Assembly (NCBI GenBank): GCA_012295275.1
Contig: CM022678.1
Span: 18,972,001-19,036,000, forward strand
From: Chrysomallon squamiferum
Taxonomy: Eukaryota > Animalia > Mollusca
Direction: 5' to 3'
DNA: 64,000 nucleotides
The notes under the pieces were generated by a model that ran no database searches, was not told the origin of the DNA, and was given only the letters and a program-made list of their open reading frames with translations. The position numbers and the translations under genes are program-made. Positions 39,900 to 55,001 of this stretch are shown here, in pieces (within the stretch, counting starts at the first letter, position 1; each line of letters opens with the position of its first letter).

Positions 39900-41636
39900 A
39901 GATATACAAATGACAACACTGTTAGTAATGTTAGTATAAAACTATAAGTTATTGAAGATATAAAAACAACAACACTATTGGTAATGTTAGTATAAAATTT
40001 TAAATAAGTGAATATATCAAAACAACACTATTAGTAATGTTATTATAAAACTATAAGTAAGAGATAAAAAAAACACTATTAGTAATGTTCTTAAGTAAAG
40101 ATGTAAAAAACAAAAACACTATAGTAATGTTATTAAATAAAAATATAAAAAGCAACAACACTATTACTAATGTTATTAAGTGAAGATGTAAAACTAATAA
40201 CACTTTTAATAATGTTATTAAGTAAAAATGTAAAAACAATAACACCATTAGTAACGTTTTAAGTAAAAATGTAAAAAACAATAACACTAGTAGTAACGTT
40301 ATTAAGTAAAAATGTAAAACCAATAAAACTAGTAGTCATGTTATTAAGTGAAGATGTAAAAATAATAACACTATTAGTAACGTTATTAAGTAAAAATGTA
40401 AAAGCAATAATAACACTATTAGTAATGTTATTAAGTAAAAATGTAAAAACAATAACGCTATTAGTAATGTTATTAAGTGAAGATGTAAAAAAAGAATAAC
40501 ACTATTAGTAATGTTATTAATTGAAGATGTAGAAAGCAATAACACAGTAATGTTATTAAGTGAAGATGTAAAAAGCAATAACAATATTAGTAATGTTATT
40601 AAGTAAATATGTAAAAAGCAATAAAACTATTAGTAATGTTATTAAGTGAAGATGTAAAAATAATAACACTATTAGTAACGTTATTAAGTAAAAATGTAAA
40701 AGCAATAACACTATTAGTAATGTTATTAAGTAAAGATGTAAAAAGCAATAACGCTATTAGTAATGTTATTAAGTAAAAATGTAAAACCAATAAAACTAGT
40801 AGTCATGTTATTAAGTGAAGATGTAAAAATAATAACACTATTAGTAACGTTATTAAGTAAAAATGTAAAAGCAATAATAACACTATTAGTAATGTTATTA
40901 AGTAAAAATGTAAAAACAATAACGCTATTAGTAATGTTATTAAGTGAAGATGTAAAAAAAGAATAACACTATTAGTAATGTTATTAATTGAAGATGTAGA
41001 AAGCAATAACACAGTAATGTTATTAAGTGAAGATGTAAAAAGCAATAACAATATTAGTAATGTTATTAAGTAAATATGTAAAAAGCAATAAAACTATTAG
41101 TAATGTTATTAAGTGAAGATGTAAAAATAATAACACTATTAGTAACGTTATTAAGTAAAAATGTAAAAGCAATAACACTATTAGTAATGTTATTAAGTAA
41201 AGATGTAAAAAGCAATAACGCTATTAGTAATGTTATTAAGTAAAAATGTAAAAACAATAACACTATTAGTAATGTTATTAAGTGAAGATGTAAAAAGCAA
41301 TAACAATATTAGTAATGTTATTAAGTAAAGATGTATAAAGCAATAACACTATTAGTAATGTTATTAAGTGAAGATGTAAAAGTAACAACACTATTAGTAA
41401 TGTTATTAAGTAAAGATGTAAAAAGCAATAACACTATTAGTAATGTTATTAAGTAAAAATGTAAAAACAGTAACGCTATTAGTAATGTTATTCAGTAAAA
41501 ATGTAAAAACAATAACACTATTAGTAACGTTATTAAGTAAAAATGCAAAAGCAATGACACTATTAGTAATGTTATTAAGTGAAGATGCAAAAATAACAAC
41601 ACTATTAGTAATGTTATTAAGTAAAGATGTAAAAAG
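39900..41636. repeat. Minisatellite, ~38-40-bp unit (aataacactattagtaatgttattaagtRaaRatgtaaaaRc)
   Basis: About 45 tandem units, more degenerate at the left; includes a near-exact 467-bp higher-order duplication (40336-40584 vs 40803-41051 give identical translations). Confidence 0.95.
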
Positions 41637-42678
41637 TTTCCCACTTTAAACATATCGTTGACACCCTCGCCTGTCTGTGGTGATGTCTCAAAGTAGTGGA
41701 AGTGATGAGTGTCTGCCAACATCCTCCCCTCTACCTCCTCTACACTCCTCTTCTTGTCTGTCTGAAAACACAGTTTGTATCTGAATTAGTGTATGTATGT
41801 AGTTCAGGATTTCTGTTGTCTTTTGTACGTCTCATTATACTCTGCACATAGACAATATTCGGGAACGCACTGGCGCAGGAAAACAAAGTCCAATCACGAC
41901 TCACACACCCCGTCAGATGCCGCTGACGAGACTCGAATGTGCTGCAGCATAAAGTAGCAAACATTCGATATGACGATCCACCTTTCATTTCAAACGAATA
42001 AACAGCCTGCCTCCTTCCAAATAACTTATTCATGAGTAGCAATATCATATTTGTAAATGTGTACATACATATAATAAGGACATGCGGTCATTACTGTGTT
42101 TATATTATTGATAATACGATGATATTATAACACTATCTTTTTATAAAACATTGCTTATATGGCTTTTATTGCTGCTGCTGTTATTATTATTATTGTTGTT
42201 GTTATTTTTAGCCGGGATAAATCCCCGTGCAACTCAGAACCCCCCCCCCCCCACATAATTCATAGAAAGAGACGGGTGGACCTTTAGTTGGGGCTGAATA
42301 AGAAAGATACCAACAGTGTATTTAAGTATACACTGTGACCGAATGTTTCTATTATATTTTTCTTTTCTAATTTCATGAAAATATCTAATACATAGATTCA
42401 GTCTTGTTCAGTCACGTTCGCTAAATAGTTAAATTTCGGATAAAATAATATTCAAGCTTGTATTAAAATATCGATCTGATTCAAGAATTGCCTTTTGATA
42501 TATAAGAATTATAATTACAAGGAAGATTTATAAACAATAACAACACACGTTAGATTAAAATTCGTCTTGACTCAGAAAAGGAAAGGTCACATAAATGGAC
42601 GGGAAAAACATTTTTTGGAATCAGTAAAATTTACATGGCGAAAGTTTCACTGAGTAAAAGAAAAGGAAAAAGAAGAAG

Positions 42679-42741
<63 letters not shown>

Positions 42742-43602
42742 GTAATAAATCAGATTGATCTCAGTTTCCAAATAACAATGTTTTACTCAATACTTAAACC
42801 AAGACATAACAGTACCTTGTTACAAAACCTCTTTTGTAGAGGATACAGTGATTATCTCCTTTTACTCACCAGATTCGTGGAATTTACAAAGGAAAGTAGA
42901 AAATAGTGGTTATATAAACTGACAGTTCGTTTCATTATAAGTGACACCAGCGAGAACGTGTAAGTTTGATTTAAATTGGTTGTTACGTTTATATCCTCCA
43001 TTTTCAACTAACAGTTTATTCATTTCAGATAAAATAAAATACTATAAAAAGCTTATTCTATATTGTTAACATCTTCCTGGTGTGTTGTGGTGACCTATTT
43101 CAATGACCTAATTTCACATAGTTTCTGTGTGTGTTTATATATCGGCTGACAGCAGTCACATGTAGCGTGAGAAAAGTAAATAATAATTAAAACTCTCGGG
43201 AACATTAGTGTTATTAGATATAAACTAGAAATATGTGTTAAGTATTGGTTAGGTTGTATTTCAATTCAACACCGATCCAGATATTTAGGTTATTTTTCTA
43301 ATTCCTCAAAAATTAGTCCAGTTTGTTTTCATTTTGTTTAATCACGTTTCAGAAAATTAATAGATAAATTACGAAAAAAAAAGAAAAAAAAATGTTTTCC
43401 TCATTTTTCCAATTCCACGAAAACTAGTAATGCATGGTTTCAGTTTTGTTTATCACGTTCAGTAAATAGATAAATTTGATAGAAAATAAAATTTACGTTT
43501 GCATTAAAATATACATCTAGTTCACTAATTGTTTCTGCAGCTTAAAAGAGTGGTACAAGAAACAGAAAATAAAGAAGGAATAATAATAATAATAATAATA
43601 AT

Positions 43603-43644
<42 letters not shown>

Positions 43645-44750
43645 GCAATAATCCCTTCATCAGTTTGGTTCTGCTTTGCAAATACAAATATTTTCTTTGA
43701 TATTAAACCTACACATAACGTTACCTTATTAGAAAACACTTATCATATATTGTCTACCATGACTGTCACCTCTTGCACAACCTATTTGTGGAATTTAGAA
43801 CAGGAAAGTAGAAAATAGTGCTTTACATAACACTGACGGTTAATTTCGGAGTAAGGAATAACCAGAGAGAACGCTTTAATGCTTTATATGTGACTAATGG
43901 TTTATTCTTTATTTGTCTTAAAGTTATAACTAAGATCAAAGCATTTTATTTTATTTTATTTTTCATTTATTTATTTATTTATTCTTTCTTTACATTTTTA
44001 TTAATTTTATGTTAACTTTTACAACAACAACAACAACAACAACAACAATAATAATAATAAACCTCCATGATCAATTTGATCTCGATTTCTAAATAAGAAT
44101 ATTTTCTTTAAAAGTTAAATCTACACACTACATCAACTTACAATTAAAGATTTCTGTATTTTCTGCTCTTACTGAACGGATTCGTGGCATTTAAAAAGGA
44201 AAGACGAAAACAGTCGTGTATATAATACCGACGGTTCGTTTGAGAGTAAAGAACATCCAGCGAAAAAGTGTCAACTTTCATTTAAGGTTTTGTTATTCAG
44301 ATTGTACGCCTTCATGTCCTTTAAAACCATAACTATAATTCACAAATAGTTTACTAATTATATAAGTGCTATAACTAGAACGAAGAGTAATATACAAATA
44401 CACAAAAAGGAAACTACTCATATATCCAAGGTAATCTTTTGTGGAACTAGTAAGATTTTGATAGCCTAATAAAGTTAGTATTGATTTAAGGGTGAGCAAA
44501 TTTTTATTTTTTCTTCCATTTTTGTTTTCTTTCTTTCTTTTTATTGTTATTATTTTTATTTATTTTTTAAAAATTATTTTATTTTTGTTCATTAATTTTA
44601 AAATCGAGATGCATGCAATTTAGTTGATTATTCTGTGACCGGAACATAGACATAAATGTATGATGTTCAATACACTGGAAAAAAATAAATTACTAAAGTA
44701 TTGTATAACTTTCTTTCAGGATAATAGCTGCGAAGAAACCACACAGAACA

Positions 44751-47244
44751 ATGTCATTAGACGCGGATTTTTCAAGGATAAAAATTGGTGAGAACTACTA
44801 GTTACAATGATAATGAAACAATTGTATTTTGTTGCATTACTGGTTCAGGCGAAACTCTTCTACTCATATTTATACACACGTTATTCTCTCTCACAGGATT
44901 TATATTCAGACATCGGAATAAAAACACAGACATACGCAGACACACACATATTTATACAAAAATGATGGAGAGAGAGACATTCAGTAAATGAAGCATTATG
45001 CGATTTCGAATTTGCAATTTTAAAAGAAAACAATTTCGAACATCTTATCTTTGGAAAGGCACTTTTCCCCCGAAGTTATTCTTTCAGAAATCTGCAATTA
45101 TATAGATTTTATTTTTCAGCTACGGATGATGACATTTCCTTGGAAAAGAGACTGGAATCGTTTCCTCACTCCTTTCATCTCACAGATCTCATGCTCATCA
45201 CTAAACAACGTAGAGAAAAGATACTTTTAAAGTTACAACGAGAACCGGAAGAAAAGAAACAGAGTTTGATGGAAAGAAATCGAGACGTCAATTTTATTTC
45301 CTTCATGCAGTTTTTGATAGGAGATCGAGACAAAGCAATCGAGACAAATTTGAAAGTCTGCCGTCGTGACCCTACTAACATTGTAGCTCGTGCAAATCCT
45401 GTGCGTTTTCTGCTAAAACAGGATAAGCGTTCTGCTGAATCAGAATTAATCGAACTGGAAAATCTGAAAGGAGATTCTTATAGAATGCGTGCTGTAGCTG
45501 AAGCTGAAATTGCTTACAGCTATGCTCGGATATCACCAGCTTCTTATCCAAAGTGTGTGGAGCTGAACAGAAAAGTAAATCAGAAATATCCAGAAGAATA
45601 CGAATGGAAATTTGGAGAGGGTCTTACACTTAGACGAACTGTATCCCTTCAATGCCATTCGTTTCATCCAGGTGTCGATATCGTTGAGTTAGCTGTTAGA
45701 TGCTGGAAAATGCTAGAAGAAGTCGGCAGTAAGGGTTCAGAACCGTTTAATGCGATGGCGTATGCTGAGCTCGGGGAATTCGCGACTCGGTTTGAATTAA
45801 GAAACACACCATTTGATGATGAAATTGTGGTAGAAAGGTTTAAGCAACAAACAACACTGCTTTCGTGCGAGGAATATTTCCAGAAAGCTCTTGATTTAGA
45901 CAAGCAGGACCCTTTTGTACTTGCAAGCTGCGGTAAGCATTTCTTGAACAAAAACCAACTGGATGACGCTCAGACACTGTTAGAAGAGTCATTCAGGATT
46001 CGGCCAACAGGCAATGCTTTTCATCAGTTGGGAAAAGTTCTGCTGAGAAAAGCGAAAAATAAAAGCAACTCGAGAACATTTCAGCGCGCGATTAAGTATC
46101 TAAAACAGTCCGTTGATATAACACACGGCGATAATTACAGTGCTATACTTGACTTGGCTTCTGCTTACATGAATAGAAAATGTTACGAAGACGCTGAAGA
46201 GGTCCTAAACGATAAAATACAAAGAGATGAAATTGAAACCAGTCCGTTCGATCGAATTGCTGCGTTGAAGAAAATGGGTATTATTTGTTTTGAAAAAGGT
46301 AAAAGTCCATTACTTTCTCCAGATGAACAGGCACAGCTGAGAAAAGAAGATATAAACTATAAAATTCTTGCTATAGAAGTTTCTGCGATCGAGGTGCTGT
46401 ATAAATATCGCACTCATTTCAGAACTGTAACTGATTTGCTGAACCAAACGGATGTCCACGTGGACTACAAATACCGCGGCAAGTTAAAGATGTTTACTGT
46501 ATGATCAGTGAATTCGCACCTTCTCTTCCGATTTATGAGAAGATTCAGAACCTAAATCTGGGATCCGAGGACTGGATTGGAATTACAGAGGAATATCTCA
46601 ATCGACAACAATACGAAAAGGCCAGACTTTGTGTAAGTCTGCTGCAGGGTACACAACAAGCTGATGACATTTTTTCTTCTCTCGTCAATCGAGTTTACCT
46701 TAAAACAGCAGAGCAGATCTTATCTAGAGGCGAGTCACCGAGTAGAGCTTGGTCTTGTTTCAGAAGGATTTTTGCGTTTTTTTACAAAACGAAGAAAGAA
46801 GATGAAATAAATGCTGCTGATATCATGATTCTCCACGACAAAGACGACTATAAAATATCTGAGATTTCAAAGAAAATTCAGGAAATTCTGAAATACTATA
46901 CAGGTCTTGAAGTCACTAGGAATGATGAACTTGCCTTTGAAGGAATGGATGATATCTCTTTTTACAAAAGACTGATGCCTCTTATTCGATGTGTTGTTGT
47001 AGTGGTAAATTCCGATACACCAAAAACACACTGCAAATAGTTAATTGATTTGACAATAGCAACTGCTTCCAACAATGAGAAGATGATGATTGTATGCTTG
47101 AAATCAGGAGAGCCTCACCAAGTCACTGAACTGAATAATTTCAAAACAGGAAAAACTAAACCAGACGAAGCAGACGACAAAGCTGCAGTGGACTGGCTGC
47201 TGGAAACTTTTCCACTTCTTGTTAATGCTGACGTCAATTTGTAA
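44751..47244 (+). pseudogene. TTC22/IFIT-like TPR-TIR gene, copy A (two exons, disrupted)
   Basis: Exon 44751-44787 (MSLDADFSRIKI, donor gtgag) splices in frame to 45120. N-terminal LESFPHSFHL, TPR helices, TIR-like C-terminus from ~46816. One-base deletion near 46453 (gatgtcca vs gatggtcca in copy B) and TAG at 47038-47040 where the paralogs have CAG. Confidence 0.8.
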
Positions 47245-47521
47245 ATGTGGTCATTTACTGATCTTAACAATAATTTGAATTGAACTGCATGGATTGTTCG
47301 ACATTCTTAATCAAAGTACTACTACTACTACTACTATTACTATTACTACTACTACAAGAACAACAACAAAAACAATACTAAGAACAACAACAAAAATAAT
47401 AATAATAATAATAATACTCACATGAAGATGATCGGCAACAAAAGCAGTTATGCTAATAATTATATTCTACAAAATGTTTGGGCTGCAAATGTTTTGGGTT
47501 ACTGAATTTTTTCAGTTTTAA

Positions 47522-47577
<56 letters not shown>

Positions 47578-50336
47578 GTATATATATTGACACATATACG
47601 GTCTACAAATTTTAATATATTTTTATAACGTTATTGTAAAAACGATATTTGTGTAATCTAAATATGTAACGTTCATCATGGCTTATTTTGAAATGAAATT
47701 TATGTTTTAATCTGTCTGTCTATATCTATATACAAAGCATGGCTTATTTAAAATATATTTTAGAATTTTAACTGTTTTAATATAATATGATATAATTATA
47801 TATGAATTTTTGATGTATCTTTGTGAATGTTTCTATATCTTTATATTGAGCGTTCGAATTATGCTGTTTTGAATAAAATGGTGTTTTGATTTAAAGTATC
47901 CTTTTTCTGTTTTTATTGTTTTGTCTATAATAATAATAATAATAATTTTTACCTTTTCAACAACAACAACAACAACAACAACAATAATAATATTAATAAA
48001 TTATAATAATAATTGTAATTATAATTATAAAGTTAAAACGAAGAAGAAATAGAAAACAACAACAATAAAATTGACACCAACAAAGACAAGAACGGAAACA
48101 AAAACAATAAAATGTAAGACAATTACTACCAGTATATGATTGACCTGAACAACAGGAAACATAATAAATTGAAAATGAATTGAATTTAAATTTGAACGTT
48201 TCATTTTTTTCATATATAAATTCGTTTCTAATTTGGTGTATAGAAACTATATGAAGGACTAAAAGACTATTGCTGCTACTGCTATTTCTTCTATCACTAC
48301 TCTTCTTATTAACAGTACTGCAGCTGTAACTATTTCTACTACTACTACTAATCGTAACAATGGTTATTAAGTAAACACATGAATATCGTGATTTGTTAAG
48401 TTTACTATCCAGTCCACTTTCAAATCCGGATGATCAGAAAAAAAAAAAAAATACAAATAAAGAAAACGAAAATATATAAATGAACAAATCTAAATAACGG
48501 CAGTACTGATGCAATGAATGAACAATTAATATATTTTAGATAGACGTTTTTTTTGTTTTTTTTATTTTCACTTTTCTTTTGCATTATGGTCTTTCGAATT
48601 TTATAGACAGGAATGCTACATTAAAAAACGAACAAAAAACAAAAATTAATAAAAAAGAGGAAGAAAGAATGAAATACTGAAAAATGAGGAATGGTTTGAT
48701 GGAGTTAATTTGAAAATATATTAGACTTTCGGATTCATTCATTCAGTCTTCCATTTATTCATATATTAAGCTAGTCGTTTATGTTTTCATTAATTCGTTT
48801 ATTCATTCAATTATTCATTCTTTCATTTATTAATTATGTCATTCTTAAGTTGCTTTCTATGATACATTATTTAGAAATGCAGTCAACCTCTCTTTCATGT
48901 CCTTCGTTTTATCTGCGCTCTGTTGTCAGTTTAAAAAAATAATTATTCATTTTACAACAAAACATATTTAGTATTTTAGTACCAGCTGACGTATACTGGC
49001 AAATAAACAAAGGTGTACATTGTACGTGAATACTTCAAGGTGCATAAGACTGGTTTTTATTTTCCGTTCGAGTTTAACTTGCGAGAGACTAAGTGCCACA
49101 TTTAGACATAACGGGACGTAAGCAGTTAAAGGCGTGCAGGCCATGCTTCACGACAGACGAAGTATATTAAAGATGATTAGAAAATACGTTTTAAGAATGC
49201 GCATGCTATTCCTAATGTATCCGCAAAGAAAAACAAAATATATGATGGAAATGATCTCTGGAAACTGAAAGAAGCAAACAGTCGATTTCACCTCTCACGT
49301 GTTTTATTTAATTAATAATAACGAACAAACAGCCTGCCATGTTTCAGATACATTATTTATAAATATATTTTAAGAATGCGCATCCGTTTCATAATGAACA
49401 CGGAAAAGAAAATGATAACGACGAAATACTTCTGGTGGAAATGACGTCTGGAAGATGAAAGCAACAACATGTCGATATTACGACCCTCTGTTTTATTTTC
49501 ATACTAATAACCAACAAACAGCCTGCCTCCTTTCAAGTAACTCATATCATACTTCTAAATGTGTTCATTAACAATGATACTGCTGTAAACAAATTAAACC
49601 AATAATCTGAACGAATCTTTACCTTATTTTTCTAATTTCACGAACATTGTTATGTGTAGTTTCCTCCTTTTTAAAAAATGTTCGCTAAATAGCTAAATTT
49701 GGTAGAAACAAATATGATTATAAAGTTAACATTAAAATATTAATTTCACTCGTGACTAGGTATTATATATACCTACATAAAAACATTAAGCAAACTACAC
49801 AACACATGAAATCAAACTTCTGCTTAGCTGATAAAGGTCAAAATTACAAAATCCGAAAGGAAGTGTGCTTTGAACGAGTAAAATACACACTTTTTCTGAC
49901 ACAATTTGAAATAATCAAAGTCACATATATTGTCTTCTGATCAACGGAATTTAGGATTTTATTGTATGTCGCTTTGTGATTTCAGATTGTTTAAACACGT
50001 ATACCAGATAGCTAAATTTAATAACTACATACAGTTATCACTAAAATATAAATTTGATTCGTGACACATTGTTATAAAAGGATCAAACGATACAACACAT
50101 TCAACAGTCCACTTAGCACATAAGAGAGAAATCTGCGAAATTGGATGACAGATTTGCTGAGAGCCGTAAAAACTGGACAGCCTAAATATAACTGTCCTAG
50201 ATGTTGAATTGAAATTATATTTGTATATATGTATTTATGTATGTATGTATGCAAGTATGTATGTGTGTAATAAAATAAAATATATAAGGTATGTATGATC
50301 TCTTTGCATGACAACAATATAAACATATTCAGGACA

Positions 50337-50377
<41 letters not shown>

Positions 50378-51330
50378 TACATACAGACACAGATATATGT
50401 GTGTGTGTGTGTGAGACTGTGTGTATGCGTATGTATGTGTATGTCTCTGTGTGTGTGTGTGTGTGTGTAAAATAATTCAAAAACAAATAAAAATAAACTT
50501 CGGAAGGCTCACTAAAAGATTGTCTCGATTTTCAAACAAATATATTTTTTAAATTAAAGTATTTTTAATTTTAATATTTAAAGCTACATATATTGAATTC
50601 TGTGAGAAAAACCCAGTATTTTATTGTATTAGCAATTTGATAATAAAATGTGCAGGCATGATAACCTAAGAAGCAAGTACATATTATAAGGAAGTGTTGT
50701 CGTGAACGTGTTTATACTGTTGTCAGGAGACGAGGTCATACACACCTTATATAGATTGTTTATCTACTCTTACTGTGTTGACTGTTCTAATTTCAATAAG
50801 GAACGTAGACACCTGAGTTATATTACTTTGAAAAACTAAAGCTATCATATTTTTTGACTGTTGGTTTGAGAGTAAAGAACATCCAGCGAGAATGTGTAAG
50901 TTTCATTTAGAATATATTATTACCAGAGGAGCGATTTTTTTAAATTTGTTTTTCAATAACTTTAAACAAGAATAAATAAATAAATCAAGTTTTACCGATA
51001 TATTAGACAAAAGTTTGTTTATTATTATAATTATTATTTTTTATTATTTAATTTTTTTAAATTTGAAGGTCATTTCTAATTCTATACTGAATATCGTCTA
51101 CGCTAAACATGCTAAACACTACACAGCTTTGATTCCTGTCATCCAATTTCACAAACATGTTTTTGTTTCTATGCTGTTAAAAATAATAATAAAACAATCT
51201 CTCCTTTTACTAGTATTTTTTTTCTTTTTTTTTTCATTATTCTTATTCATCGCTTTTCCAAGTAGGTGGTTTGAAACAATAATACTAATAATAAAAACAA
51301 CAACAATAATAATACTACTACTACTACTAC

Positions 51331-51367
<37 letters not shown>

Positions 51368-52027
51368 GATGACAGCAAGTAAAAAGTAAATTAGGAAGGC
51401 CTCACGATCAGACTGATCTCGATTTTCACACAAAATATATTTGTTTAAATTTAATATTTTTAATTTTAATATTTAAAGCTACTTATCGAGTTCTGTCAGA
51501 AAACCTCCAATATAGAATTAGTAATTTGATAGTAAAATGGACTATGACCGGGCATGATAACTTACAGAGCACGTAGACATGATAAGGAGGTGTTGTCGTG
51601 AATGTGTTTATATTGTTGTCATGCGACGCGGTTATACATACCTTATAGAGATAGTTTATCTACATTTTCTGGGTAGACTGTTTGAATTTCAACGAGGAAA
51701 GCAGTCACCTGATTTATATAGCATTGAAAAAATAGAGCTATCGTAGTTTTCGACTGTTCGTTTGAGCTTAAGGACCATCAACTGAGAATGTGTAAGTTTG
51801 ATTTAAAATCTGTTATTACGATAAGGAGATATTTTTTGTTTTTATTTTTTTTCAATAACTTTAAGTAATACGTTTTAGTAACTACATTTTTTTTTCGCCG
51901 ACATTTCTTCAGTAACATGCAATTACTTATATTTTATAAGAAAAATCGAACTTCATATTTTTAGAAAGAATATTTTTCTCGGTGAACTTTCCTTCACCAA
52001 CTTAACAACTAACATTTTATTTTTCAG

Positions 52028-54149
52028 CTACGGATGAGGACATTTCCTTCGAAAAGAGATTGGAATCGTTTCCTCACACCTTTCATCTTACAGATCTTAT
52101 GTTCTGTTCAAAACGGCTTAGAGAAAAATTACTTGAAAAGTTTCAAGGAAAACCGAAAGAAGAGAAATCGGGTGACATGGAAGAATGTGAAAATGAAAAG
52201 ATAAGTTACAATCGCACCAACAATTTTGTCTCCTTCCTGCTGTTTGTGCTAGGAGATCGAGACAAGGCAATCGAGATAAATTTAAAAGTCTGTCGTCGAG
52301 ATCCTACTAACATTGTAGCTCGTACAAACCGTGTGCGTTTTCTGTTAAAACAGGATAAGCGTTCTGCTGAATCAGAATTAATTGAACTGGAAAACCTGAA
52401 GGGAGACTTTGACAGAATGCGTGCTGTAGCTGAAGCTGAACTTGCCTATTGCTACTCTGAACTAACACCAGCTTCTTATCCAAAGGCTCTGAAGCTGTAC
52501 AGAAAATTAAATGAGAATTATACTGAAGAATACGAGTGGAAATTTGGTGAGGGTCTAACTCTTAGACGAATTCTGTCCCCTCAAAGCTATTCAATTCAGT
52601 CAGGTATCGATGTGGTAGAATACGCTGTTAGATGCTATGAGCTGCTAGACGAAGTCGTCAGGAAGGGACCTGAACCTCTGAATGCGATGGCGTATGCAGA
52701 GCTTTTGGAATTAGCCAAGCGGCTTGAATCAAAAACAACACCATTTGAAGAGGAAAATGTTGTGGAAAGAATTAAGCAACAAACAAATCTGCTTTCGTGT
52801 GAGAAATATTTCCAGACAGCTCTTGAATTAGACAACAACAGCAGTTTCGTACGGAAAAGGTTAGGCAAATATTTACTAAATGAAAATCAAAAGGATGAGG
52901 CTGAGACAATGTTAGAACAGTCAGTCAGTCGTAATCCGACAGGAAAAGATTTCCATCACCTGGGAAAGGTTCTGCTGAAAAAAGCGATAAAACAAAACAA
53001 CAGCGAAACACTTGAGCGTGCGATTGAAAATCTAAAACAGGCCGTTGAAATGTCACACGGGGAAAATTACCCTGCAGCGCTTGACTTGGCTTCTGCTTAC
53101 CTGAGACAAAACAGCTTCGAAGATGCCGAAAAGGTCTTAAAAGATATAATAGAAAGAGCTGAAAGTGATACCAATCCGTTCTGTTATATTAATGCTTTGA
53201 AAATGAAGAGTAGTATCTGTTGTGAGAAAAATTGGAGACTGAGGGAAGAGGAATTAAACTACAAAATTCTTGCTATAGAAGCTTCTGCCTCAGAAGTGCT
53301 CTACAAATATCACACTCATTTTAGAACGGTGACAGATTTGCTGAACCAAATGGATGGTCCACGTGGTGTACAAATACCGTGGCAAGTTAAAAATGTCTAC
53401 TGTATGATCAGTGAATTCGCCCGTTCTCTTCCGATTTATGAGAAGATTCAAAACCGTAATCTGGGATCACAAGACTGGATTGCAATTACAGAGGAATATC
53501 TCCACCAAGAAAAAAATACGAAAATGCCAGACTGTGTGTAAGTCTGCTGATGGGTACGCAACAAGCTGATTATATTCCTTTTCCTCTCGTCAGTCGAATT
53601 TATCTGAAAACAGCAGAGCACATGTTATCAAGAGGCCTGTCACCGAGTAAAGTTTCGCGATGTTTCAGAAGGATTTTTACGTTATACTACAAAACGAAGA
53701 AAGAAGATGAAATAAACGGTGCTGATATCATGATTATCCATGACAAAGACGATTGTAACTCGTCTGAGATTTCAGTGAAGATTCAGAAAATTCTGGAAGA
53801 CTATACAGGTCTTGAAGTCACGAGGAATGATGAACTTGCCTTTGAAGGAATGGATGATATCTCTTTTTATGAACAACTGATGCCTCTTATTCGCTGCATT
53901 GTTGTAGTTGTTAATTCGGATACCCCAAACACACACTGGAAACAGGTGATTGATTTGGCAATAGCAACTGCTACGAAAAATGAGAAGATGATGATTGTAT
54001 GCTTGAAATCAGGAGAGACTCACCAAGTCACTGAACTCAATGATTTCAAAACAGGAAAAACTCCACCAGACGAAGCAGACGACAAAGCTGCTGTGGACTG
54101 GCTGCTGGAAACTTTTCCACTTCTTGTTAATGCTGACGTCAATTTGTAA
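52028..54149 (+). pseudogene. TTC22/IFIT-like TPR-TIR gene, copy B (single frameshift in an A run)
   Basis: Acceptor ttttcag ends 52027; ORFs 52060..53541 and 53550..54149 are collinear with copies A and D; A7 at 53510-53516 versus A5 in copy D. No homologue of the short ATG exon seen upstream. Could be intact if the indel is a sequencing error. Confidence 0.7.
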
Positions 54150-54940
54150 ATTTGAAAATTTACAGATCTTAACAATAATTTGAATTGAACTTTATGGATT
54201 GTTCAAGTTTATTAATCGAAATAATTGTAATAATAATAATAATCACATGAAGATTAACAACAATAACAATTATGCTAATAATTATATTTATATTCGGATT
54301 TCTTTTCGAAAATGCTTGAACTGGAAATGTTTTTGATTACTGATTTTTTTTAGTTTTAAGAACATGAAACGAAGGTAGGAAAATACGATGCCTTTTAAAA
54401 ACCTAAATACTTATATAGGTGTCCTACAAATATATATATATAGCTTAACATTTTTATCTACGTATACAGGTTGTACAGACGATCTAGTTATATTAATATA
54501 TTTTTCAATAACTTTATGGTTGAAATGAAATTTGTGTTATCTAAATTGTAATATAAGAATCATGGCTTATTTGTAATATAGAATCAATAGAATCAATAAT
54601 AGAAAATAATATAATATAATATAATATTACATAACATAATATAATATATGTTTTTGTGTATCTGTCTGTCTATATCTATATATAAAGTTATTATGCTTGA
54701 ATAAAATGCTGATTTAGAAAATCGTTTTCTGTTTTTATTGTTTTGTGTGTAATTGTGACTCCAGGTTAGCGAATTGTGTTAATGACAACATCTTTGTATG
54801 TGAATAGTTTTTGGTAATTTTGTAATTTAGAGTTGGAAGAGTTAGAAGTCTTATTTTTATGTAAATAGCTTTGTGTGAGGTTACTGTCGTCATGTGAAAT
54901 GTCTACACCAACCTTTTGACCTTTTGAGCTTCAAGTGTTT

Positions 54941-55001
<61 letters not shown>

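Noticed and set aside
39900-41636. CRISPR-like array of palindromic ~39-bp repeats
   Set aside because: No unique spacers, units are directly tandem, no cas genes, and the context is eukaryotic.
40051-41722. Leu-rich membrane-like ORFs
   Set aside because: Translations of the minisatellite.
46501-46504. ATGA stop-start overlap suggesting translational coupling in copy A
   Set aside because: By-product of a 1-nt deletion; the same Met is internal in copies B and D.
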